A stretch of DNA of 64,000 nt from Acidobacteriota bacterium (lineage in GTDB: Bacteria; Acidobacteriota; Vicinamibacteria; Vicinamibacterales; CAVVIG01), in contig QHWB01000034.1 of assembly GCA_003222395.1 (NCBI GenBank), positions 147,645 through 211,644 of the forward strand, given 5' to 3'. Below, in pieces: positions 51,349 through 59,905 of the stretch. Position 1 is the stretch's first letter. Each line of letters starts with the position of its first letter. The notes beneath the pieces were generated by a model. The model was not told where the DNA came from, did not search any database, and saw only the letters and a list, made by a program, of their open reading frames with translations. Made by a program: the position numbers and the translations under genes.

Positions 51349-53700
51349 TTACCTCTGCGCGCTCGTGTTCCTGCGCGCACTCGCGAGCTTCGCGCGCGCT
51401 TCCTCTCGTTCTCCGGCGGCCGCTTCACGTGCGGCGTCGTTCGCGCGTCCGAGACGCGAATAGACGTCGGCCAGCACATAGTGACCGAGTGGAACGACTT
51501 CCGCGTCGGGATGGCGAGCCATTCCCGTTGTCGCCGCGGCTTCGGCGCCGATCAGGTCGCCGGCATCGAGCCGCGCCTTCGCGAGATACAGGTAGCCGCT
51601 GCCGAAGTCCGGATTCGCCCGCACCGCTTCGTCGAAGTGGCGGACCGCATCGGCGGCGCGGCCCGATGCCATGAGGATCTTGCCGAGATTGAAATGGGCG
51701 CGATACGCGTCGGGACTGCGCGCGATCTCGGCCTCGTACTCGCGCGCGGCGGCGTCGGTCTGGCCTCGCGCGTCGCGGACGAGCCCGAGATCGTAATGCG
51801 CCATCGGTTGATCCGCTTTGTCTTTCAGCGCGTCCAAAAGACTCCGTTCGGCCTCGTCGTACCGCTTCATCTCGATGTAGCACTCGCCGAGCTTCGTCAG
51901 AAACGCCGGACGTTCGACGTTGTCGGCGACCGCGCGCTTCAACGCCGCCTCGGCGCGCTCGAACTCGCCGCGCCGCATCCAGATGTCGGTGAGCTGGTAG
52001 CGTGCTTTCGAGTCGCGCGGGTTCAGCGCCAGCACCCGCTCGAAGCCGGCTTCGGCCGCGTCGTTCTTTCCGTCGGTCTTGTAGGCGAGCGCCAGGCTGA
52101 ACGCCGCGGTCTGGTTGTCGGGATCGAGCGCGAGCGCCTTCTGGTACGCCTCGAGCGACTCCTTCGGCCGCTTCGCCTTCGCATTCATGTTGCCGAGCAT
52201 GAGGTACGCCTCGACGATCTCCGGGTCGGCCGCCAGCGCCCGGCGGACTTTTGAGATCCCTTCGTCGAGGCGTCCTTCCACCGAATCGAGCGCCGCCTGC
52301 TTCATCAGGTTGTACAGGGCGATCTTGTCCTTCGGATCGCCGCGGCGCCGCGTCTCCAGCGCGCGCGGGCTGATGCTCGAGCCGACGTACCCCAGCGCGC
52401 GAAGCCGCTGCTCGACGTCGGGGTCGACCGCCCGCGGCGCGGCGGGCGCAGACGCGGATGCCGTGCGCGCGACCAGCTCCTGCAGCGCCTGCGCCTGAAT
52501 GTCGGTGCGACCTGGATTCACTTCGGCGACGTTGCGCGTCTCACCGGGATCGGTTTCGGTGTCGTAGAGCTCGCGCGTTGGTGCGGCGATGAAGTGGTAG
52601 CGCCCGTCGCGAATGGCGGTCAGCTCGCTCCAGCCGTAGTGATGGCGCGGGTACCACGTCTCGGACAGCGCGACGAGGTTCAGCCGTTCACCGCGAACGA
52701 GAGGCAGCAGGCTGCTTCCCTGAACCGCTTTCGGCCCGTCGATGCCGAGCACCTCGAGCACCGTCGGCATCACGTCGACGATGCGCACCTGGTCGGTGAC
52801 GATGCGCGAGGGCAGCGTGGGACCGGCCACGATGAGCGGGATTCTGACGGTTGCGTCGTACACAAAGAACCCGTGCTGCTCTTCGCCGTGCTCGCCGAGC
52901 GACTCGCCGTGATCGCCGAGGACGACGACGACCGTGCGATCGAGGCGGCCGTCGCCGGCGAGATGATCGAGCAGACGGCGCAGCTGCAGATCGGCTGTCG
53001 CAATCTCCGCGTCGTACGCGCCGATCATCGTCGGCGGAAAGCGCTCGCGGATCGATGCGGGCGGATCGTACGGTGCATGCGGCTCGTAGAGATGCACCCA
53101 CGCGAAGAACGGGCGCGTCCGATCCTGGTCGAGCCATTCGATGGCTTTCGCCACGACCTCGCTGCCGGGCCGCTGCACCGCGTCGAGGCCGACGTCCATG
53201 CGGTACTTGCCGAGATCGAAGTCGTCGAAGAAGCGCTCGAAGCCCTGGGCGATGCCCCATCGACGATCGAGGACGAACGCGGCGACGAACCCGCCGGTGC
53301 GGTACCCTCGGGCGCGCACGACTTCTGCGAGCGTCTCCTGCTCCTCGCCGAGATAGAAGCCGCCGTTGTCGCGCACGCGATGCGCGCCGGGGAAGGTTCC
53401 GGTCATGAGCGACGCGTGCGCCGGGAGTGTCAGCGGCGCCGACGTGGCCGCCTGCGCGAACCGGACGCCGCGGGCCGCGAGGGCGTCGAGCGCCGGCGTC
53501 TGCGCCGCGGCATACCCATAGCTGCCGACATGATCCGCCCGCAGCGTGTCGATGGTGACGATGAGGATGTTGAGTCGGGCATCGCGGCGCGCGCGCGCGA
53601 TCCACGAGCCGAACGCGATTGAGGCGAGCGCCAGACCGCACGCGAGCGCGACGAGCGCGGTCGCAGACGCCCTGCGCGTAGCCCCCGTGTCCTTCGGCAC
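51349..53700 (-). CDS. Sulfatase-fold enzyme fused to C-terminal TPR repeats, paralogue of 49093..51117
   Basis: 'LNILIVTIDTLRADHVGSYG'; nucleophile region 'APLTLPAHASLMTGTFP' (T-x-P-x-H); a long C-terminal TPR array. I prefer GTG 53700, which is followed by a membrane anchor/signal 'ATALVALACGLALASIAFG'. The ORF-track start at 53955 would overlap the divergent small gene. Confidence 0.7.
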   Translation of the reverse strand: MPKDTGATRRASATALVALACGLALASIAFGSWIARARRDARLNILIVTIDTLRADHVGSYGYAAAQTPALDALAARGVRFAQAATSAPLTLPAHASLMTGTFPGAHRVRDNGGFYLGEEQETLAEVVRARGYRTGGFVAAFVLDRRWGIAQGFERFFDDFDLGKYRMDVGLDAVQRPGSEVVAKAIEWLDQDRTRPFFAWVHLYEPHAPYDPPASIRERFPPTMIGAYDAEIATADLQLRRLLDHLAGDGRLDRTVVVVLGDHGESLGEHGEEQHGFFVYDATVRIPLIVAGPTLPSRIVTDQVRIVDVMPTVLEVLGIDGPKAVQGSSLLPLVRGERLNLVALSETWYPRHHYGWSELTAIRDGRYHFIAAPTRELYDTETDPGETRNVAEVNPGRTDIQAQALQELVARTASASAPAAPRAVDPDVEQRLRALGYVGSSISPRALETRRRGDPKDKIALYNLMKQAALDSVEGRLDEGISKVRRALAADPEIVEAYLMLGNMNAKAKRPKESLEAYQKALALDPDNQTAAFSLALAYKTDGKNDAAEAGFERVLALNPRDSKARYQLTDIWMRRGEFERAEAALKRAVADNVERPAFLTKLGECYIEMKRYDEAERSLLDALKDKADQPMAHYDLGLVRDARGQTDAAAREYEAEIARSPDAYRAHFNLGKILMASGRAADAVRHFDEAVRANPDFGSGYLYLAKARLDAGDLIGAEAAATTGMARHPDAEVVPLGHYVLADVYSRLGRANDAAREAAAGEREEARAKLASARRNTSAQR

Positions 53701-53879
53701 GGCGACATTGTAGCGAATGCGAAAATCACGCACTTTCCTGATTGCCCGACCTTCGCACGCCCGGTAGGATCTGGGGGCAACCGAACGACCCAATCGCCGA
53801 GTAGCGCGGAGCCGCTCGGTGGATCTACGCGGCACTGAGAGAGCCAATCGCCGATAAACGCCGAGCGGCCGAAGGCCGC

Positions 53880-53922
53880 GAGGTACAGGTCGCGGGGGTG
53901 GGGCCCCGCGACAAATAAGAAA
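53880..53922. repeat. Half copy (E) of the ~90-nt repeat: second hairpin plus A-rich tail only
   Basis: 'GTCGCGGGGgtggggCCCCGCGACaaataagaaaa', a 9-bp stem at 53889-53912. It lies immediately upstream of the SD 'AAGGAG' and ATG 53933. Confidence 0.5.
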
Positions 53923-53932
53923 AGGAGACACC

Positions 53933-54337
53933 ATGCGACGGCTGCGGATCCTCATCGCGTCGAGTGCGATTCTGGCTATCGGAACGTCGAGCTTCGCGGG
54001 CGATTTTCAGGACAGCGTGGCGAAAGCGGCGCGCGACGCCGCCGGGCAGCAGACCGAGCAGCGATCCGGGAACCGCAACCCGTACCTCTGGCCGGGCGCG
54101 GCGCTCTTCGTCGCCGGCATGTCCCTGGCGGTGTACGGCTTCCTGCACACGAGCGGCGGCGAATTCGTGTCGGGCGAAGTGTCGAAGGAATCGAAGACAG
54201 GACTCGGCGGCGCGGGGCTCGCCGTCGCCGCAGCCGGCGGAGCACTGTTGTACTGCGGAACGCTGCGCGCGCGTCACGCGCCGTCGATTACAGTCGGTCG
54301 CGGACGCCTCACCGTCGCGAAGCAGGTTTCGTGGTAA
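53933..54337 (+). CDS. Small secreted/membrane protein of unknown function, paralogue of 40697..41104 (qhp-linked copy 2)
   Basis: 134 aa. 'SSFA|GDFQDSVAKAA', Gly-rich segments 'GAALFVAGMSLAVYGF' and 'GGAGLAVAAAGGALLYCG', C-terminal 'LTVAKQVSW'. Collinear with copy 1. Confidence 0.7.
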   Translation: MRRLRILIASSAILAIGTSSFAGDFQDSVAKAARDAAGQQTEQRSGNRNPYLWPGAALFVAGMSLAVYGFLHTSGGEFVSGEVSKESKTGLGGAGLAVAAAGGALLYCGTLRARHAPSITVGRGRLTVAKQVSW

Positions 54338-54340
54338 TCC

Positions 54341-56284
54341 CTACCGAGCGTAGCGCCGCGCATGCGCGCCGATCTCCGCTGCCATGGCGGCATCGCCCTG
54401 CTCGCGCGCGCGGGCGAGCGCCCGCGATGCCGCGACTCGCGCGTCGTCGAAGCGTCCGACCGCCGCGTAAGCCGCGGCCAGCGTATCCAGCGCGCGCGGA
54501 TCGCGGTCGCCCGTCCGACGATTGACCTCTAGCGCCAGATCGAGCGCGCGCGCGCCGTCGCGGACGCGCGGATCGTCGCTCGTCGCCAGCAGCCGCGCGA
54601 GATTGTGTTTCAGATTGATGTTGTCGGGCTGCGCCGCGGCTGCGCGCGTCAGCACGGCCGCCGCCTGCGCGCTGTCGCCGGTTTGCGCGAGCGCGAACGC
54701 GAGGGTGTTCGGCACTTCCACATCGGTGACGCCGCCGTCGAATGCCTGGCGCAGGTCGTCGGCCGCCTCGCGAAGACGGCCGCGGCGCGCCAGGAGCATC
54801 CCCCGGGCGGCGTGCGCATGCAGGCGGCGTCCATCGAGCGCGATCGCGTCGGCGTAGCGATCGCCCGCTTCCTCGAAGCGTCCGGCCTGCGCCAGGCGAT
54901 CGCCTTCCCGCTCCGCCTGCGTCGCCTTCAGGATCGCGAGGTTCTTCCGCGCAAGATCGTGGTCGGGCACCAGGCGCAGCGTCTCTTCATACCGTCCGAT
55001 CGCTTCGTCCTCGCGGCCGGCTTCGGCAAGGGCAATCGCGAGGTTGTAGGTGGCCACGTCGTCGCGCCGGTCCACATCGGCCGCGCGCGCCCACAACGCG
55101 ATCGAATCGCGCCAGTATGCGGTCTGACGAAACGCAATCGTGCCGGCGGCCGCGACGAGCGCGAGCATCGCGAGCGCGACCGCCGGTGTGCGGGAGCGGC
55201 GTGCCGACAGGCGCGACACGGCAGCGCCGACGACAATCCATGCGATGACGCCCGGCATGTAGGTGTAGCGGTCCGCCGTCGCCTGCAGACCGCTGGGCGT
55301 CAGGCCGGCGACCGGGGCGAGCATCAGCAAGTACGCGAGCGATGCAACTGCAAATGCCGGCCGGCGCACGCGAAGTCTCCACGCGGCGACGGCGGCCACG
55401 GCGATCGCGCCGGTCGCCAGCGCGAGCGGCAGCATGTCGACGGCGGGCGCGATCGCGAGCGGATCGAGCGGCGACAGGCGAACGGGCCACACGATCCGTC
55501 CGAGATATCTGAACGGCGCCGTCGCCGCCATCGTCAGACGCGCTCCAACTCCCACTTCTTGTACTGAGGCGATCTCGCGCGCACGCGACTCCGCGATTGC
55601 AGCAGCCGCTGCGAGAACGGCAAACGGGACTTTCTCGGCGGCGAGCCGACCGGGGCTCGTGCGGCGCCGGCGCTGGAGCGGATAGACGTCGAGGAGCAGC
55701 AGCACAATCGGAAACGCGATGGCGTTGGCGCGCGCGAGCAGCGATGCGCCGTACAGCGCAATCGACGCGATCAACCGTCCGTTCACGTAGGCGAGCAGCG
55801 CGAGCAGCAGCGCCGTCAACGAGAGGACGTACGGAAACGCGCTCGCCCACGCGACCGGTTCGACCTGCAGCGGATGCACGAGAAAGAGGGCTGCGGCGGT
55901 GATCGCCGCGACGCGGCGGCGCCGCGAGTCGAGCGCCGCTCTTTCGACGAGGCGAAGGGTGACGATGTACACAAGCCAGCCGTTGATGAGGTGCCCCGCG
56001 AGGCTCAACGCGTGAAACGGCGTCGGCGACAGACCGAACAGCGACTTGGTCGCCGACCACGCGAGCCAGGCGAGCGGCTGGTAGTGGCCCATGTGCGTGG
56101 TCGTGAACGCCCAGGACCATGTACCCGGCGCGGCGAGGTGTTCGTTATCGACGAGAACGGACGGGTCGTCCCAATTCACGAATCCGTTCCGCAGGACGGG
56201 CCAGAGCGCGGCCAGCCCCGCGAGCGCGAGCGCTCCGGCGTCGACGGCGCGAACCGCCGGGCGACTCTCTGGTAAAGAACTCAT
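54341..56284 (-). CDS. Polytopic GT-C-like (TMTC/PMT-like, DUF1736-type) membrane protein fused to C-terminal TPR repeats
   Basis: ATG 56284 (MSSLPESRP…). The first-loop acidic motif 'FVNWDDPSVLVDNEHL' is followed by ~10 hydrophobic segments and then TPR repeats. Only the last 647 codons of ORF 54341..57544 are coding. Confidence 0.65.
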   Translation of the reverse strand: MSSLPESRPAVRAVDAGALALAGLAALWPVLRNGFVNWDDPSVLVDNEHLAAPGTWSWAFTTTHMGHYQPLAWLAWSATKSLFGLSPTPFHALSLAGHLINGWLVYIVTLRLVERAALDSRRRRVAAITAAALFLVHPLQVEPVAWASAFPYVLSLTALLLALLAYVNGRLIASIALYGASLLARANAIAFPIVLLLLDVYPLQRRRRTSPGRLAAEKVPFAVLAAAAAIAESRAREIASVQEVGVGARLTMAATAPFRYLGRIVWPVRLSPLDPLAIAPAVDMLPLALATGAIAVAAVAAWRLRVRRPAFAVASLAYLLMLAPVAGLTPSGLQATADRYTYMPGVIAWIVVGAAVSRLSARRSRTPAVALAMLALVAAAGTIAFRQTAYWRDSIALWARAADVDRRDDVATYNLAIALAEAGREDEAIGRYEETLRLVPDHDLARKNLAILKATQAEREGDRLAQAGRFEEAGDRYADAIALDGRRLHAHAARGMLLARRGRLREAADDLRQAFDGGVTDVEVPNTLAFALAQTGDSAQAAAVLTRAAAAQPDNINLKHNLARLLATSDDPRVRDGARALDLALEVNRRTGDRDPRALDTLAAAYAAVGRFDDARVAASRALARAREQGDAAMAAEIGAHARRYAR

Positions 56285-56404
56285 GGAGCAACGAATCGAC
56301 GCGACATTGTGGACCGCTTGTGCAGACGTTGCACAGTGTATGCGACCTTCTCTTGCGAAAAAATGTTGCGGAAGCGGCCCCCGTAAGAGGAAACTCATCG
56401 CACC

Positions 56405-58147
56405 ATGGTGAGACAAGCGGCCCTCGGATTGATGGTCGTCGCGGCGCTCGCCGCCGCGAAGCCGGCATACGCCCAAACGACGCCGAAAGACGAAGGCATC
56501 CCGGTCGACAACGCGCTCGTGCGATCGAAGTGCGGCAGCTGCCATCGCGCCGACGACAAGGGACGGATGACGCGCATCTCGTACCGCCGCGCGACGATGG
56601 AGAACTGGGAACGCACGATCCGGCGCATGGTCACGCTGAACCACGTGGCGCTCGAGCCCGCCGACGCGCGCAGCATCCTCAAGTACCTCGCCGATCGCCA
56701 GGGCCTCGCGCCGGAAGAAGTGCGCCCGATCGAATTCGAAGCGGAACGGCGCACGATCGAGTACGCCTACAAAGCCGACGAGACGACGGCCAATCTCTGC
56801 TCGTCGTGCCATTCGGTGTCGCGCGTGATGAGCGAGCGCCGCACGAAGGAGGAATGGGACCTGCTGATTGCGATGCATCGCGGCTATTACCCGCTCGTCG
56901 ACAATCAGCCGCTGAACGGTCCGCAGGGTTTCCGCCGCACGCGTCCGATCGAAACCGAGCCGGGGCCCGACGGCCGTCCGCCCGACAACCGCCACCCGGT
57001 CGATCGCGCGCTCGAGCACCTGACGAAAACCTATCCGCTGCAGACGTCGGAATGGTCCGCGTGGTCGGCCGCGATGCAGCCGCCGAAGCTGGCGGGACGA
57101 TGGGCCGTCGTCGGATCGCAGCTGGGGAAGGGCGCCATCTACGGTCAGGTGACGGTTGCGGCCGACGCGGGCGCGCCCGATTCCTTTACGACTGAGATTC
57201 GCTATACCGTCGCCCGCACCGGCGAATCGGTCTCGCGCAGCGGGAAGGCGCTCGTCTACACCGGGTACCAGTGGCGCGGACGCGGCAACGACTGGCGCGA
57301 GGTGCTCTTCGTCGAACGCGACTGGAAAGAGATGTGGGGGCGCTGGTTCAGCGGCGCCTACGACGAGACCGGCATCGACGTGAAGCTGACGCGCCTCTCG
57401 AGCGATCCCGTCGTCTTCGGCACGAGCGCGACGGCCCTGAAGAGGGGGTCGACAGGGTCGACCGCGTCGTCGGCGCAGAACGTCAAGATCTACGGCGCGA
57501 ATCTGCCGGCGACCGTTCGACCCGAGGACATCGGGCTCGGACAAGGCGTGAAAGTCGCGCGCGTGATCAGCGCGAGGCCGGAGGAGATCGCGATCGACGT
57601 CGACGTCGACGCATCAGCCTTGATCGGCGCCCGCGATGTGTCGGTAGCCGGCACCGTGAAGCCGGCGGTGCTGGTCGTCTACGACAGGATCGACGCCGTG
57701 AAGGTGGAGCCGGTGGCCGGCATGGCGCGCGTCGGCGGCGCCGTGTTTCCGAAGCAGCTCCAGCAGTTCGAAGCGATCGGCATCAACAACGGACCCGATG
57801 GCAAGCTTGGCACTGCCGACGATCTGAACCTCGGGCTCGTCAACGTGAAGTGGTCGCTCGAGGAGTATCCCGCGACCTTCGGAGACGACGACATTCAGTT
57901 CGTCGGCAAACTCGATGAGAGCGGCCTCTTCACGCCGAATGTCGACGGCCCGAACCCGAAGCGGAGCGGGAATCGCAACAACGTCGGCGACGTGTGGGTC
58001 GTCGCGGAGCTGCTTGATGCTCCCGCTACGCCGCCGGCGCCGGGATCGCCGCCGTCGATGTCGGTGCAGCCGCTGCGCGGACGCGCGCATCTGCTCGTCA
58101 CCGTGCCGCTCTACATGAACTGGTTCACCGAGGACACCAAACAATGA
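56405..58147 (+). CDS. qhpA: Quinohemoprotein amine dehydrogenase alpha subunit, copy 2
   Basis: Signal 'MVRQAALGLMVVAALAAAKPAYAQ'; heme sites 'KCGSCH' and 'LCSSCH'; 'MTRISYRRATMENWERTIRRM'. Collinear with copy 1. Confidence 0.85.
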   Translation: MVRQAALGLMVVAALAAAKPAYAQTTPKDEGIPVDNALVRSKCGSCHRADDKGRMTRISYRRATMENWERTIRRMVTLNHVALEPADARSILKYLADRQGLAPEEVRPIEFEAERRTIEYAYKADETTANLCSSCHSVSRVMSERRTKEEWDLLIAMHRGYYPLVDNQPLNGPQGFRRTRPIETEPGPDGRPPDNRHPVDRALEHLTKTYPLQTSEWSAWSAAMQPPKLAGRWAVVGSQLGKGAIYGQVTVAADAGAPDSFTTEIRYTVARTGESVSRSGKALVYTGYQWRGRGNDWREVLFVERDWKEMWGRWFSGAYDETGIDVKLTRLSSDPVVFGTSATALKRGSTGSTASSAQNVKIYGANLPATVRPEDIGLGQGVKVARVISARPEEIAIDVDVDASALIGARDVSVAGTVKPAVLVVYDRIDAVKVEPVAGMARVGGAVFPKQLQQFEAIGINNGPDGKLGTADDLNLGLVNVKWSLEEYPATFGDDDIQFVGKLDESGLFTPNVDGPNPKRSGNRNNVGDVWVVAELLDAPATPPAPGSPPSMSVQPLRGRAHLLVTVPLYMNWFTEDTKQ

Positions 58148-59574
58148 CGGCAATGTGGGCGGCGCGCGAACATCATCGTTTCGAGGCGGCGGGCAGACCG
58201 TTCGTGTATCTGGTCCCCAGCGCGGCGATCTTCGAGCTCGACGAAGCGAGCGACTCGGTGCTTCGAACGCTCAACGAGCGTCCGCGCACGCGCGAGGAAT
58301 TGACGGAGGCGTTCGGCGACGCGGAGCCCGCGATCGCCGAGCTCGCGCGCGTGCAGGCGATCGCTGAGGTCAGCGTCCCTCCGCCCGCGACCCCCAAGGT
58401 CATCCCGCTCGCGCCGTTTCCATTGACCACAATGGTCCTCAACGTCACGAACCAGTGCAACTTGAGCTGCACGTATTGCTACGAGTACGGCGAGGACAAG
58501 ATCGTCGACACCGAGAACGGCCGGCAGCCGAAGTTCATGACCGAGGAGACGGCGCGACAGAGCGTCGATTTCCTGCTCAAGGAATCGGGCAAGGTCGCGC
58601 ACATCACGTTCTTCGGCGGCGAGACGCTGCTGAACTTTCCGGTGCTGCGGAAGACGATTGCCTACGCGCGCCGCCGCGCCGCGGAAGAGGGCAAGGACGT
58701 CGACTTCAGCATGACGACGAACGCGACGCTCCTGAAGCCGGACATCATCGAGTTCCTCGCGGAGAACCGGATCGGCGTCACGATTTCGATCGACGGCCCG
58801 CGCGAGGTGCAGGACAAGTTCCGCGTCTTCAGCAACGGCGCCGGCAGCTACGACGTCGTGGCGCCGAAGATTCGCGAGCTGCTGAAGCGTCACCGCAGCC
58901 GGCCGATCGGCGCGCGGGTGACGCTGACCTCCGCGAACCTGGACGTGAAGCGGATCTACCGTCACCTGACGGAGGAGATCGGATTCTGGGAAGTCGGGTT
59001 CGCGCCGGTGACCACGTCGGCGTCGCGCGGACACGCGATTTCCGACGACGGATACGATCGGATGCTGTCGCAGTTTCGAGAGCTCGCGTACGAGTTCCTC
59101 GAGGCGTCCGTCGCGAACCGCCACCACGGATTCTCGAACGTGAAGGAAACGCTCGAGGAGCTGCACAAGGGCGTCAGCAAGGCGTATCCCTGCGGCGCGG
59201 GGCTCGGACTGCTCGGGGTGGCGACCGGCGGCGACGTCGCGCTCTGTCATCGGTTCGCTGGATCGGATGCGCACAAAGTTGGCAGCGTGACGACCGGCGT
59301 CGATCGTCAGGCGCAGGCCGCGTTTCTCGAGAAGCATCACATCGCGAACAAGACCGACTGCAGCGTCTGCTGGGCGCGGCCGCTGTGTTCCGGCGGCTGC
59401 TACCACGAGGCGCACACGCGGTACGGCGACACCGGTCACGCGAACCTGCACTACTGCGAGTGGATTCGCGGCTGGACCGGCGTCTGCCTGCAGATCTACG
59501 GGGAGCTCTCAGTTCGTAATCCAGCGTTCTTGGCGCAGTTCGACGACCAGGATATGAAGGAGACGGTGTCGTGA
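58144..59574 (+). CDS. qhpD: Radical SAM/SPASM maturase QhpD, copy 2
   Basis: ATGA overlap with qhpA2. 'NVTNQCNLSCTYCYEYG'; SPASM region 'CSVCWARPLCSGGCYHEA'. Confidence 0.85.
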   Translation: MTAMWAAREHHRFEAAGRPFVYLVPSAAIFELDEASDSVLRTLNERPRTREELTEAFGDAEPAIAELARVQAIAEVSVPPPATPKVIPLAPFPLTTMVLNVTNQCNLSCTYCYEYGEDKIVDTENGRQPKFMTEETARQSVDFLLKESGKVAHITFFGGETLLNFPVLRKTIAYARRRAAEEGKDVDFSMTTNATLLKPDIIEFLAENRIGVTISIDGPREVQDKFRVFSNGAGSYDVVAPKIRELLKRHRSRPIGARVTLTSANLDVKRIYRHLTEEIGFWEVGFAPVTTSASRGHAISDDGYDRMLSQFRELAYEFLEASVANRHHGFSNVKETLEELHKGVSKAYPCGAGLGLLGVATGGDVALCHRFAGSDAHKVGSVTTGVDRQAQAAFLEKHHIANKTDCSVCWARPLCSGGCYHEAHTRYGDTGHANLHYCEWIRGWTGVCLQIYGELSVRNPAFLAQFDDQDMKETVS

Positions 59575-59900
59575 TTCACTTGAAACCGATCAATCGCAAG
59601 GCCGTTCGCGTCGAGCAGGCGACTGACCACGACGTCGTCGCGCTGCAGCGGACGGCGCTCCCGCAGAACCCGCACTTCCCGCTCGGCTGCTCGCTGATCT
59701 TCTCGCCCGGTTGGGAAGCCGATCGCACGGGCGGAACCGCGGGACTGTGCCAGCCGGTCGAGCGCGATCTCTTCGACTGCCACATCGGCTGTTACTGGCC
59801 GGCGCAGGTGCCCGACCAGTTGAACCACGCACCCGACTGGACGGCGAAATGCGCCGCGGCCCAGAAGGACTGGCGGAAGATCGATCTCATTTTCCCGTAG
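59571..59900 (+). CDS. qhpC: Quinohemoprotein amine dehydrogenase gamma subunit precursor, copy 2
   Basis: The GTG start overlaps the qhpD2 stop (GTGA). The core 'GCSLIFSPGWEADRTGGTAGLCQPVERDLFDCHIGCYWPAQVPD' has the same eight-residue spacing as copy 1. Confidence 0.85.
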   Translation: MIHLKPINRKAVRVEQATDHDVVALQRTALPQNPHFPLGCSLIFSPGWEADRTGGTAGLCQPVERDLFDCHIGCYWPAQVPDQLNHAPDWTAKCAAAQKDWRKIDLIFP

Positions 59901-59905
59901 CCTCT

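Noticed and set aside
51349-53955. Using the ORF-track start (53955) for the second sulfatase-fold/TPR gene
   Set aside because: The extra 85 N-terminal codons are Arg/Pro-rich and overlap the divergent small-protein gene and its SD. The signal/anchor sequence begins right after GTG 53700, which is preceded by a TACAAT-like box. I consider 53700 more likely but not proven.
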